Below the pieces are notes generated by a model. It made no database searches and was not told the origin of the DNA. It saw nothing but the letters and a program-made list of their open reading frames with translations. 64,000 nucleotides of DNA from Candidatus Woesebacteria bacterium (lineage in GTDB: Bacteria; Patescibacteriota; Microgenomatia; UBA8517), in NCBI GenBank assembly GCA_013374855.1, contig CP055308.1, positions 272,715 to 336,714 of the forward strand. Direction: 5' to 3'. Of this stretch, positions 8,750 through 18,545 are shown piece by piece (position 1 is the first letter of the stretch; each line of letters starts with the position of its first letter). A program made the translations under genes and the position numbers.

Positions 8750-11680
8750 ATGGAAAAAAAGTCCTTTTTGCAAAGGAAAAAAATAGTTATTTTTTCAGAG
8801 TACAATGGAGTTTCTGTTTCTTTAGTTGAAAAATTTTTGGCAAATTTTTTTAGTGTGAAAGTGGTTTGCGGCAAAAAGATTTTATGGGAGAAATATTCCC
8901 CATACCTTTTCTCTGGCGATTATTTAAGTATAACCAATTCTCTTGATGAAAGCGAAGAGTTGAAACAGAGTTTTTTGATTTTTGTCTCTTGTTTTTTTGA
9001 TAATTTGTCTTATTTAGAAGAAAAAGATGTTTTTGGTAGGGAGGAGGAGAGACTTCAGCGTTTTTTGTTTCTCAATACAAGGAAACGAAAATTTTTGGTT
9101 CTTCCTTATCAAGTTTACGACCCAATTGGCTTAAAGTTGATTGGAATTTACAGCAAAAAAGTTAATTTACAAGAAGACAAGAACTTGTTTATCTGCTATG
9201 TTGGTGAAGTTGTTGGACCTCGTGTTGTCTTATCTTTAAGATCAGAAGCTTTATCGGTTTTACACTCTTGTTTTTCTGGCGAAAATTTGTTTTTTTACTC
9301 AAAGACACCTTTTCTGAAGGTTTGCAGACCGGATGATTTTTCTCGAAAACTTGTAAAATTTGTTTTGGATAGCAAGTCAATAAAAGAGAGAAAAGCTTTT
9401 TTTTTGGGACAAAAGCTTTCTAGAAATTATTTTCTTCAAGTTTTAGAGAATGAGTTAAAGTTGGAACTAAGCAAATTTAGAAAAACAGAAGTTTTTCCTA
9501 AAAAGGCTGTTTTTGATAAAGAAATAGATACAAATTCATCTTTTGATGAAAAAGGAATTTCCGAAGTTGTCAAATGGTTTAGAAAAAATGAAGACGATTT
9601 CTTTTTAGAAAGAAGTGTTGTTAAGGCCGCGTTGCAAAAAGAAGGAATTCCTTTGATTAAAGAAAGTTATAAAAAAAACTATTCTAGCTTTCCATTAAGA
9701 AAAACGCTTTCTCTAGTAAAGGTGTTTTTGGTGTTTTTAGGAAATTTGGCTACTTTAGTTTATAAGAAGGTCGTTTCTGTGATAAAACCCTTATTTTTTG
9801 TTAAAAAGATTGTTAGGAATGATCGCAAAAAAGAATCAACCAAAGGAACAAGGTTTATTTGGAAAGTCGGATTTAGAAACGCTTTTGTGGCTTTTTTCAA
9901 ACCGGCACTTTTTTCTGTGTTTTTAGTTTTGGTTTTTCCTCTTTTTTTGTTTTTCACAAGTGGAATTTTTCTTTATTTAGGATATGTTTCCTTTAAGAAC
10001 TTTAATCTTTCTCGCTCAACTTTTTTTCTTAGATCATCAGAAAAAGTATCTTCTGTTTTGTCTGAAAATTATTATAGTTTAGCTAGATTTCCTGTTGTTG
10101 GTGGCTATTATTTGTTTCTTGGGGAAATGTCCTCCTTGCTTCGTGATTTTACTAACGTTTTTGTTTTGGGGATTTCTCTTGTAAAAAATGCTTCCTCTTT
10201 ATACGAAAAATCTTTGAAAGGTGAAGAAGTTGGTTTAACTGGTTTTTCCAAATCTTTGTTTTTGGACCTTAATTCTTTATATTTCAAGACATCACTTTTA
10301 GAGGGTAAAATTCTAGATCTACAGGAAAAGTATGCTTTCTTGAATGTGTTTTCCCGTGATTTAAATTTGTCTAAATATCGCAGAGAAATAATCGCTGCTA
10401 AGGAAGTGTCTCTTTTCTTGCCTGAAATTTTGGGCGAGAAAGAAGAAAAGAAGTATCTTGTGTTGTTCCAGAATAATATGGAAATAAGAGCAACAGGGGG
10501 GTTTATTGGGTCTTTTGCTATTTTGACTTTTAAAAAGGGGGCGCTTTCTAATTTTGAAGTATATGATGTTTATACAGCCGATGGTCAATTAAAAGGATAT
10601 GTTGAGCCGCCTTGGCAGATTAAAAAATATCTGGATCAGCCAGCTTGGTATTTGAGAGACTCTAACTGGGATCCAGATTTTTCGGTTTCTGCAAAAAGAG
10701 CACAATGGTTTTTAGATAAGTCGATAGATATAAATGTTGATGGGGTCTTTTCTTTTGACGTTTCTTTTGTAAAAGATCTGATTTCTGTGATAGGACACCT
10801 TAATATTCCTGATTATAATAGGACAATAGATCCTAATATTTTTTATGATGTTGTTCAGTATGAGGTTGAAAAAGATTTTTTTCCAGGTTCAAGGCAAAAA
10901 AGCAGTTTTTTAGCAGCTCTTTCAAAATCGCTTATTCTTGAAATAAAAGGAGCAAAACCAAACGTTTTAGTTTCTTTCTTGCCGGTTTTTTATGAGAATC
11001 TTGTTGAGAAGCATTTACAGTTGTTTTTCAACAGCGATAAAATTCAAGAAAAGATAACTTTTTTGGGCTGGGGTGGTGGTGCCAATAGAGACTTTTGCTT
11101 TTCTGAAAACTGTTTTGGTGATTTTGTTTTCTTGGTGGAATCAAACTTTGGTGTTAATAAAGCAAATTATTTTGTTTCAAGGAGTGCCAATATAAAGATT
11201 GAGGTGGGGGAAGACTTTTTAAGAAGAGAAATGGAAGTGCTTTTTGAAAACAGAGCACCTGTCGTTTTGGGGGATAAGGGAAAATATAAGAATTATTTTA
11301 GAATCTTTCTCCCTGCGGATGTGTTTGTAGAAAAGGCTACAATTCAGGAGGGAAATTATTATTATGATGTTGAATTAGATCAGGAAATGATTAGGGGCAT
11401 GAAGCAGGTTGGCTTGTTGGTGGAAATCTCCCCGGAAAGCAGCAAGAAGGTAATTTTGTCTTGGAACGACCGTAATTTGCTTGATCTTTCTAAAAATGGT
11501 GAATACAGATTTTTTTTTAGAAAACAATCTGGAATAGACGACATACCGCTTAATTTGGAAGTTAAATTTCCTTCAGGTTTTAGACCAGCATCAGACAACT
11601 TGCAGTTGACTAAAGATGGTTTTTTTGTTTATAATCAAGCGTCTTTAAAGACAGATTTCTTTACTAGATTTTACTGGTAG
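8750..11680 (+). CDS. Large DUF4012-like secreted/membrane protein
   Basis: 976 aa with internal TM helices. The C-terminal region (MEIRATGGFIGSFAILTFKKGALSNFEVYDVYTADGQL...PPWQIKKYLDQPAWYLRDSNWDPDFS) matches the conserved core of the DUF4012 family. Confidence 0.5.
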   Translation: MEKKSFLQRKKIVIFSEYNGVSVSLVEKFLANFFSVKVVCGKKILWEKYSPYLFSGDYLSITNSLDESEELKQSFLIFVSCFFDNLSYLEEKDVFGREEERLQRFLFLNTRKRKFLVLPYQVYDPIGLKLIGIYSKKVNLQEDKNLFICYVGEVVGPRVVLSLRSEALSVLHSCFSGENLFFYSKTPFLKVCRPDDFSRKLVKFVLDSKSIKERKAFFLGQKLSRNYFLQVLENELKLELSKFRKTEVFPKKAVFDKEIDTNSSFDEKGISEVVKWFRKNEDDFFLERSVVKAALQKEGIPLIKESYKKNYSSFPLRKTLSLVKVFLVFLGNLATLVYKKVVSVIKPLFFVKKIVRNDRKKESTKGTRFIWKVGFRNAFVAFFKPALFSVFLVLVFPLFLFFTSGIFLYLGYVSFKNFNLSRSTFFLRSSEKVSSVLSENYYSLARFPVVGGYYLFLGEMSSLLRDFTNVFVLGISLVKNASSLYEKSLKGEEVGLTGFSKSLFLDLNSLYFKTSLLEGKILDLQEKYAFLNVFSRDLNLSKYRREIIAAKEVSLFLPEILGEKEEKKYLVLFQNNMEIRATGGFIGSFAILTFKKGALSNFEVYDVYTADGQLKGYVEPPWQIKKYLDQPAWYLRDSNWDPDFSVSAKRAQWFLDKSIDINVDGVFSFDVSFVKDLISVIGHLNIPDYNRTIDPNIFYDVVQYEVEKDFFPGSRQKSSFLAALSKSLILEIKGAKPNVLVSFLPVFYENLVEKHLQLFFNSDKIQEKITFLGWGGGANRDFCFSENCFGDFVFLVESNFGVNKANYFVSRSANIKIEVGEDFLRREMEVLFENRAPVVLGDKGKYKNYFRIFLPADVFVEKATIQEGNYYYDVELDQEMIRGMKQVGLLVEISPESSKKVILSWNDRNLLDLSKNGEYRFFFRKQSGIDDIPLNLEVKFPSGFRPASDNLQLTKDGFFVYNQASLKTDFFTRFYW

Positions 11681-11683
11681 AGC

Positions 11684-12352
11684 ATGAAGAACAAATTAAC
11701 TTTAATTGCAAAAAGAAGGGAAATTTTGGGTAGAAAGGTCAAGAGACTCCGTCAAGAGGGCTTTCTTCCTGCCAATGTTTATGGAAAAGACTTTAAATCT
11801 GTTTCTGTTCAGGTTGCATACAAAGACTTTGAGAGAGTTTTCAAGGAAACAGGCGAAACACAACTTCTTTATCTTAAACTTGATGAGGAAGAAATTCCGG
11901 TTTTAATACATAATGTCCAAAAGGATCCAATAAGCGGTCTTTTTCTCCACGCTGATTTTATGAAAGTAAATCTTAAGGAAAAAGTTACTGCTTCTGTTCC
12001 GATTGTTGGAATAGGAGAGTCACCTGCAGAGAAGCAGGGATTGGGAACTGTTGTTTTTTACATAGACGAGCTTGAAGTTGAAGCTTTGCCAACGGATATT
12101 CCAGATAAAATAGAAGTTGATGTTTCTAATTTGTCTGAGGTAGATCAGTCTATATTGGTTTCTGATTTGAATGTAGACAAGAGCAGGGTGGAGGTTAAGG
12201 CAAACCCTGATGAGTTGGTAGTGAAAGTTGAGGCTGTTAGGGAAGAAAAGGAAGAACCCGCTGTTATTGAGACAGAAGAGAGGGAAAAAGAGGCAACCTC
12301 TTTAGACTCCCAAGCAGAAGCTTCTTCTGAAGAAAACAAGGAAGAAAATTAA
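11684..12352 (+). CDS. rplY: 50S ribosomal protein L25 / general stress protein Ctc, with an acidic C-terminal extension
   Basis: The N-terminus LTLIAKRREILGRKVKRLRQEGFLPANVYGK is the L25 signature, followed by the Ctc-type beta-barrel domain. Confidence 0.8.
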   Translation: MKNKLTLIAKRREILGRKVKRLRQEGFLPANVYGKDFKSVSVQVAYKDFERVFKETGETQLLYLKLDEEEIPVLIHNVQKDPISGLFLHADFMKVNLKEKVTASVPIVGIGESPAEKQGLGTVVFYIDELEVEALPTDIPDKIEVDVSNLSEVDQSILVSDLNVDKSRVEVKANPDELVVKVEAVREEKEEPAVIETEEREKEATSLDSQAEASSEENKEEN

Positions 12353-12399
12353 GCTTTTGGCTCTTGCAATTTGTGTTTTTGTTGTTTATATTTTAATTA

Positions 12400-13404
12400 A
12401 TGCCTGAAGATAGTGGTACACAAGACAAACAAACCGGTTTTGTTCAAGAAAATGGTTTTTCTCAGCAAAACGACAAGTTAAGCTCAGAAGTCAATTCTTC
12501 ACAACCCAATCAGCCAACTCCTCTGAGCCAGTCTTCTGAGACACAACAAGGTTTCGTGGGTGGTGTGCAGGGGCAGTCTGATTTGCAACCGACAACTCTT
12601 CAACAACAAGAACCATTTTTACAAAAAAATACTTCTGTTGAACAACCAACCACTTCTTCGGATTCAATCTCAAAGGTAGATAATGAGAGCCAAAAAACCA
12701 TTTTGTTTCTTGCTTTAATTTTTTTTGTTTTCTCTTTGGTTGGTCTTTCTTTCTATCTTTTTTCTGGCATCACCAAAGGCAGGTTTTCTTTGTCTAGTTT
12801 GTTTTCCGGTGGCCAGCGTTTTGTCACACCACAGCCGACGGCGATGGTTATATCTGAAACACCGACACCACAACCTGTTATTGAGAATTTGGTTTATGCA
12901 GACGAGGTTTTATCTTTTGAATATCCTCAAGGGATGTCTGTTGTTAGGAAAGTTAATTCTTGGGTAATTGGTGAAGTTTCTTCTAAGCTACCAGAAAATG
13001 CCACAGGATCCGCTAATGTGGTTTTTGAAGTAGTAATAATCGATTCTGATGCTAAAAATGAGCCGATTGAATACCTTATTGGTGAAATTACAAAAACAGA
13101 CAAAAAGATTAACAAAAGCATTCTAGAGGAGCTTATTTCTAATGAAAAGATTGGTAATTATAATGTGTATTCCTATAAATTTGCTGACAGTAGTGTTGTT
13201 TATGTTTTTGAGGAAAATTTGTCAAAGAGGCTTGTAAAAGTGGTTGATTTTTCTTCCAGAACAAGTTCCGATTTGAAGGAATATGATGCAAAGTATTTAA
13301 TATCAAAGATTCGTTTTGTTGACTCTTCAAATAAGCAATCGCCATCTCCTTCTCTTTTACCTTCCCCCAAACCCACTTCCGGTAGATTTAATCTAGGAGA
13401 ATAG
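12400..13404 (+). CDS. Hypothetical membrane-anchored protein with a Gln/Ser/Thr-rich N-terminal low-complexity region
   Basis: 334-aa ORF. It has a low-complexity N-terminal 110 aa, a single TM helix (ILFLALIFFVFSLVGLSFYLF) and a globular C-terminal domain. No motif was recognised. Confidence 0.4.
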   Translation: MPEDSGTQDKQTGFVQENGFSQQNDKLSSEVNSSQPNQPTPLSQSSETQQGFVGGVQGQSDLQPTTLQQQEPFLQKNTSVEQPTTSSDSISKVDNESQKTILFLALIFFVFSLVGLSFYLFSGITKGRFSLSSLFSGGQRFVTPQPTAMVISETPTPQPVIENLVYADEVLSFEYPQGMSVVRKVNSWVIGEVSSKLPENATGSANVVFEVVIIDSDAKNEPIEYLIGEITKTDKKINKSILEELISNEKIGNYNVYSYKFADSSVVYVFEENLSKRLVKVVDFSSRTSSDLKEYDAKYLISKIRFVDSSNKQSPSPSLLPSPKPTSGRFNLGE

Positions 13405-13421
13405 TTTTGAAAATTGTTTTC

Positions 13422-15614
13422 TTACTTTTCCTTTATTATTGGCCAGCGTTCAATTATCAGGGGTTTTTTGGAGATGTTAAGTTCTCTCCAAACAGCTTCT
13501 GTAATGAAGGGCATAAAAGGGTGTAGGAGTATAAGACAATTTTTGAATACTTCTTGTAAGACAGAGATAGAAGGTTTCCTTATTTTCGTTCCTTTTTCTG
13601 TTTTTATCTTTGTTGACTCCAAATATTTATCGGCAAGTTTGTGCCAGACAAATTTATAAAGCTCATTTATTGCTTCATTTAATCTGTATTCTTCAATTTG
13701 TTTTGTTGTTTTTTGAATTGTTTTTTGTAGGTCTTTTATTATCAAGGAGTCCTCCTTTGTTTGGGGATTTGGTTTTTCTTTTCCCCAATTTAGGTTGGCT
13801 TTTGTTATTTTGATAAACCTTGCTATGTTCCAGAGTTTATTGGCAAAATTTCTTTGGCCCTTTATATTTTCTTCAGAAACACTAATATCGTTTTCTATTT
13901 TGCTTCCCCAAATTAGGGCTGTTCTTAAAGCGTCTGTGCCATATTTATAGGACATCTCAAGGGGATTTATTACATTTCCTTTGGATTTACTGATCTTTTG
14001 TCCTTCTTTATCGCGCACCAAACCATGAATTAGAACCTCTCTAAAAGGAACATTGTTTGTTGCATAAAGACCAAGCATAATCATTCTGATTACCCAAAAA
14101 GGGATGATATCAAATCCAGTTTCCATTACTGATGTTGGGTAGAAGTTTGCAAAATCGATTAATCTTTTTTTGTCTTTTAGGGAGAGAGGAATTTTTATTT
14201 TACTTCCTGACCTGGCAAGCAGTGTGGCATAAGGCCATTGTCCTGATGAGAACCAGGTGTCGAAGGTGTCTTTGTCTTGTTCTATATTTTTGCTGTAGCA
14301 AAACTGGCAGGAAACTGGTGTTTCTCCTTCAGTAATAGTCCATTTTTGGCAATCTTTGCAGAACCATGCTGGAATTCTTATTCCCCAAACGATTTGCCTT
14401 GAGATATTCCAATCTTTTAGATTTGAAAGCCAGTGCATAGCCATTTTTTCATATTTTCTTGAAACAAACCTTACTTTTTTTCCTTTTATGGCAGAAAGTG
14501 CATTTTTTGCCAGTTTTTCAACTTTTATAAACCATTGTTCTTCGGGTAGGGGTTCTATTAGTCCCTTGTCTTTATAACAAATAGAAACCAAGTGTTTTAT
14601 TTTTTCTTTTTTAATAACAACCCCTTCTTTTTCAAGATCTAGGACGACTTTAATTCTTGCCTCTTCAGCTTTGAGACCGAGATATTGTTTTGGGGTATTT
14701 ACCATTCTACCCTGCTTGTCTATTACAAGAATTGTTGGTAGGTTGTGTTTTTTGCCTATTTCAAAATCTGTTGCATCATGCCCTGGGGTAATTTTTAAGG
14801 CGCCGGTCCCAAAATTAATATCCACTAGGTTATCTGCAATGATAGGAATTTTTCTTTTTATTATAGGTATAGTGGCAGTTTTGCCTATTAGTTTTTTGTA
14901 TCTTTTATCTTTTGGATTGACCGCAATTGCGGTGTCTGCAAAAATTGTTTCAGGGCGTGTTGTAGCAATGGTGATTGTTTTATAGTCGAGATAGAAAAGA
15001 GTGCTTTCTCTTTCTTGAGGCTCTGTTTCGAGTTGAGAATAGGCAGTCCCACAGCGGGGGCAGTAGTTTACGATTCTTTTTCCTCGATAAACAAGCCCAT
15101 CTTCATATAATCTTTTGAATGTTTTGTAAACTATTTTTACAATTTCTGTATCCAGGGTAAACTTTTCTCTTGTCCAATCACATGATGCTCCAAGAGATTT
15201 GATTTGTTTTTCCATATTGATTTTGTTTTCCTGAACATAATTCCAGATCAATTGATAAAGTTCTTCTCTGGAAAAATCAAAGCGGCTTTTACCTTGTTCT
15301 TTTAATTTTTTTTCAAAAACAAATTGAGTTTCAATTCCAGCGTGGTCTGCTCCCGGAAGCCAAAGAACATCTTCTCCTTTCATCCTATGGTATCTTATTA
15401 GAATATCTTGGATGGTAATAAACCTTGCATGTCCTATGTGAAGGTCGGCGTTTGCGTTTGGTGGGGGCATAATAATACAAAATTTTTTTCTTCCCTTTTT
15501 TGGTTTTGGGGTAAAATATCCGGATTTTTCCCAAAACTTATATATTTTTTCCTCATATTTTTGATGCTCCCAGACTTTTTGCATTTGCCAAATTATAGCG
15601 CAAAAAGATTTCAA
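13422..15614 (-). CDS. valS: Valyl-tRNA synthetase in a short form lacking the C-terminal coiled-coil
   Basis: PPPNANADLHIGHA is the ValRS-type HIGH region and GADHAGIETQ is also present. The CP1 editing domain and a KMSKS motif (KISKSKGNVINP) are present. Length is 730 aa. Confidence 0.8.
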   Translation of the reverse strand: MKSFCAIIWQMQKVWEHQKYEEKIYKFWEKSGYFTPKPKKGRKKFCIIMPPPNANADLHIGHARFITIQDILIRYHRMKGEDVLWLPGADHAGIETQFVFEKKLKEQGKSRFDFSREELYQLIWNYVQENKINMEKQIKSLGASCDWTREKFTLDTEIVKIVYKTFKRLYEDGLVYRGKRIVNYCPRCGTAYSQLETEPQERESTLFYLDYKTITIATTRPETIFADTAIAVNPKDKRYKKLIGKTATIPIIKRKIPIIADNLVDINFGTGALKITPGHDATDFEIGKKHNLPTILVIDKQGRMVNTPKQYLGLKAEEARIKVVLDLEKEGVVIKKEKIKHLVSICYKDKGLIEPLPEEQWFIKVEKLAKNALSAIKGKKVRFVSRKYEKMAMHWLSNLKDWNISRQIVWGIRIPAWFCKDCQKWTITEGETPVSCQFCYSKNIEQDKDTFDTWFSSGQWPYATLLARSGSKIKIPLSLKDKKRLIDFANFYPTSVMETGFDIIPFWVIRMIMLGLYATNNVPFREVLIHGLVRDKEGQKISKSKGNVINPLEMSYKYGTDALRTALIWGSKIENDISVSEENIKGQRNFANKLWNIARFIKITKANLNWGKEKPNPQTKEDSLIIKDLQKTIQKTTKQIEEYRLNEAINELYKFVWHKLADKYLESTKIKTEKGTKIRKPSISVLQEVFKNCLILLHPFMPFITEAVWRELNISKKPLIIERWPIIKEK

Positions 15615-15637
15615 AGTGAATTTGTTATAATTTTCTT

Positions 15638-15859
15638 ATGCAAGATGTGGGAAAAATTTTTTTGATTGCAGGTTTTGTGTTAATTTTGATTGGATTTCTC
15701 TTTTTAATCGATAAGCAATCTTTTTTTGGGAAACTTCCCGGTGATATTGTTATCGAAAGGGGAAATTTTAGTTTTTATTTTCCTCTTACCACTTCTATTT
15801 TGTTGAGTTTGCTTTTGTCTTTGATTTTTGTTTTTATTTCTTTTCTGAGAGGTAAATAA
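15638..15859 (+). CDS. DUF2905-family small membrane protein
   Basis: 73 aa with two TM helices flanking the GKLPGDIVIERGNFSFYFP motif typical of DUF2905. Confidence 0.5.
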   Translation: MQDVGKIFLIAGFVLILIGFLFLIDKQSFFGKLPGDIVIERGNFSFYFPLTTSILLSLLLSLIFVFISFLRGK

Positions 15860-16415
15860 ACTCAACCGGAGTTAATATCTGAATCCACTCTCTGTTTGAA
15901 ATTTGATCTCTGATTTCTTCTGCTTTATCATCAACAATCATGACTTTTTTGAATTCTTTTTTGTTAATAAAGAACTTTTCGTTTTTGATTCTTGAGGTTA
16001 TAAATTTTACCTTTTTGTCGTTTAAAATTTTAATTTTGTTGAATATTTTCTTTAATCCGAGTTTTTTTATTTTTTTACTTTGTATTTTTCTATCGCCCTC
16101 TGTTAGTAGTATCTTGTATCCTTTGGTTTTCTCTAAAATCAAAATTAAATCTTTGTTTAATCTTTCTTTTTTGACTTTGGAGTAGAATAGGTTTTCTTTT
16201 ATATCATTTTTTGTCTCCCTTTTTATATTTTTGAGGAAATTTTCTAGTAGGTTTTTATAGCCGTTTTTGTTTTTTGTTTTTTTATAAATTTCTTCTATTT
16301 GTTTTTTGGGATAGTTGGTTTTAGCTGCAACGTTGTTAAAGAAATCCTCTTTGATTTTTGATGTATTAAGCAGTGTATCATCAAGATCTACCAGAAGAAC
16401 ATTTTCGGTGTCCAT
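15834..16415 (-). CDS. HAD-superfamily hydrolase-like protein
   Basis: N-terminal LLVDLDDTLLNT (DxDxT motif I) and C-terminal MIVDDKAEEI (motif IV-like). The protein is K-rich. Confidence 0.5.
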   Translation of the reverse strand: MDTENVLLVDLDDTLLNTSKIKEDFFNNVAAKTNYPKKQIEEIYKKTKNKNGYKNLLENFLKNIKRETKNDIKENLFYSKVKKERLNKDLILILEKTKGYKILLTEGDRKIQSKKIKKLGLKKIFNKIKILNDKKVKFITSRIKNEKFFINKKEFKKVMIVDDKAEEIRDQISNREWIQILTPVEFIYLSEKK

Positions 16416-16417
16416 GT

Positions 16418-17473
16418 TTAGATTTTTAAGTTTGGGATTCTTTCAATTTTGTTTATCTCCTTTGGTTTTATTGACTCTGTTGTTTTTTTAATATATGCGG
16501 TAAAAGCTATCATGGCGGCGTTGTCGCTGCATATTTTTTTGTTTTCAGGAAACATTATTTCGATATTTTTTTCCTTGGCTATTTTTCTTAGTCTTTTCCT
16601 TATTTCTAAATTTGCGGCAACTCCACCACCAACTAGAAGAGTTTTTGCTTCATAGAGGTCAACGATTGGCTTGATCGTTCTTGTTAGATGGGTGAAGGCT
16701 CTGTCTTGGTAGAAGTATGATAGATTTATTATGTCTGTTTTGTTAAGATTTCCTTTTAGTGATTCTATTTTCTCAACAAGTCTTACAAGAGCAGTTTTTA
16801 GTCCGGAATAACTGATTTTTCTGTTTTGTTTTTCTTGAGCAAAGGGAAGAGGCAGCGGGTTTTCTTCTTTTGTTGTTTTTTCTTTTAATTGTGCCATTTT
16901 TTCAAGCACAGGCCCTCCGGGATAACCAAGACCCAAGAGGCGAGCCCCCTTATCAAGAGCCTCGCCTAATGCATCATCTGATGTTTCAGCTAAAACTTTG
17001 TATTTTCCTATTTTTTCAGTATAGACAAAAATTGTATTTCCTCCTGATATGACAAGTCCAAAAGCGGGAAACTTGGATTTTATTTTTGGAATACTCCATT
17101 TATTTGAGGATGACACAAATGGGGAAAGGATGTGTCCTTCTAGGTGATTTATGGGGAAAATCGGCTTTTTGTATTTTTGAGATATTTCTTTTGCTTTAGC
17201 GATTCCTACTTCCAAAGCAGGAGCAAGACCGGGCCCAACGGTGACAGCAATGATATCTATATCCTCAATGTCTGTTTTAGCCTGATTTAGAGCTTTTTTA
17301 ATGATGAAATCTATTTTTTCTTGATGTTCTCTTTTGGCAAGAGTTGGGTAAACTCCACCAAATTTTGAATGAAGTATTGCTTGAGACCAAATTTTGTTTG
17401 ACAGAACTCTATTGTCTTGGCAAACCGCTACTGATGTTTCATCACAACTTGTGTCAATTCCAAGAATTATCAT
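16418..17473 (-). CDS. tsaD: tRNA N6-adenosine threonylcarbamoyltransferase (Kae1/TsaD family)
   Basis: MIILGIDTSCDETSVAV, metal-binding HLEGH and the overall ASKHA-fold length of 351 aa. Confidence 0.9.
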   Translation of the reverse strand: MIILGIDTSCDETSVAVCQDNRVLSNKIWSQAILHSKFGGVYPTLAKREHQEKIDFIIKKALNQAKTDIEDIDIIAVTVGPGLAPALEVGIAKAKEISQKYKKPIFPINHLEGHILSPFVSSSNKWSIPKIKSKFPAFGLVISGGNTIFVYTEKIGKYKVLAETSDDALGEALDKGARLLGLGYPGGPVLEKMAQLKEKTTKEENPLPLPFAQEKQNRKISYSGLKTALVRLVEKIESLKGNLNKTDIINLSYFYQDRAFTHLTRTIKPIVDLYEAKTLLVGGGVAANLEIRKRLRKIAKEKNIEIMFPENKKICSDNAAMIAFTAYIKKTTESIKPKEINKIERIPNLKI

Positions 17474-17477
17474 TTGC

Positions 17478-18545
17478 CTATAGAATCCCCCAAGTAATTA
17501 TTCTTTCGTTTTCCCTCTTGCCATAATTGATCCTTACCCAAATAACAATAGCATCCTCGCTGTGTTTTTTTATAATATCAACTATTTTGTTTGCCCACTC
17601 AATGGCAACCACAGGATTCTCTTTTAGCAACTTTTCTAACCCCATTTTTTCTATTTCTTCTTCATTTTCTAGTCTCCAGACATCTATATGAAAGAGTTTG
17701 GTTTTTTTTCCTTTATGTTCGGTAATGATGTCATAGGTTGGTGATTTTATGTCTTCTTTTATTCCCAGAACGCTTCCTAATCCTTTTGTAAACACTGTTT
17801 TTCCTGTCCCCATTTTTCCTTCAAGGGCAAAAATAATGGGTCTTGTCTGGTAAAATTTGGCATATTTCTGGTAAATGGTTTTGGCAAGGCTTTGTGTATT
17901 TTCCTCATCTTTGGATAAAAACTTATTTTTATTTTTTATTTTTATACCTCCTTGTCTGATAATAGCTGGCTCTTCTTGTGTGGTGTCAATAACAGTTGAC
18001 GGCTTGTTTTTTGGTAGCCTTCCGGCATCAACTATAATGTCAATTAGTTCTTTTTGTGAATGGCTTAAGTTATCAAGAATGTCTTTAACTGAGTGTGGAT
18101 TTTTTTTGTAGCTTGCGTTTGCTGATGTGGCAGTTAATGGTTTTTGATATTTTTTAATCACTTCAAGAACAAATGGGTAGTTGGGAATTCTTATTCCAAG
18201 CGTTTTTTCTTCAGATTCAACTCCTTTTGCAACTTTTCCTTTACTTTTGGAAATAATTGTCAAGGGACCCGGCAGGAAATTTTTGTAAAGATTTTTTGCT
18301 GTTTTGTTAAGGTATACATATTTTTCTGCCATCTTTTGATTTGATACTGCTACAGAGTAAGGTTTCCCAAATGGTCTTTTTTTGTATTTGTTCAATTTTT
18401 CAATTGCTTTTGGGTTTGTGGCGTCAACAAACGCTCCATAGACGGTTTCTGTGGGCATAATAACAAGGCCCCCTTTTTGAAGTGTTTCTGTTAATTCTTC
18501 TATATTTGCTTTATTGATTTTTATTATTTTCATCTTGTTGTTCAA
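17478..18545 (-). CDS. tsaC: Fusion protein: threonylcarbamoyl-AMP synthase (TsaC/YrdC domain) + TsaE (YjeE P-loop ATPase)
   Basis: The N-terminal 190 aa form a YrdC fold (GGLVIMPTETVYGAFVDA...KRPFGKPYSVAVSN...LPGPLTII). The C-terminal 150 aa carry the TsaE Walker A EGKMGTGKTVFTKGLG and IKSPTYDIITEH. It lies directly upstream of tsaD. Confidence 0.75.
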   Translation of the reverse strand: MNNKMKIIKINKANIEELTETLQKGGLVIMPTETVYGAFVDATNPKAIEKLNKYKKRPFGKPYSVAVSNQKMAEKYVYLNKTAKNLYKNFLPGPLTIISKSKGKVAKGVESEEKTLGIRIPNYPFVLEVIKKYQKPLTATSANASYKKNPHSVKDILDNLSHSQKELIDIIVDAGRLPKNKPSTVIDTTQEEPAIIRQGGIKIKNKNKFLSKDEENTQSLAKTIYQKYAKFYQTRPIIFALEGKMGTGKTVFTKGLGSVLGIKEDIKSPTYDIITEHKGKKTKLFHIDVWRLENEEEIEKMGLEKLLKENPVVAIEWANKIVDIIKKHSEDAIVIWVRINYGKRENERIITWGIL

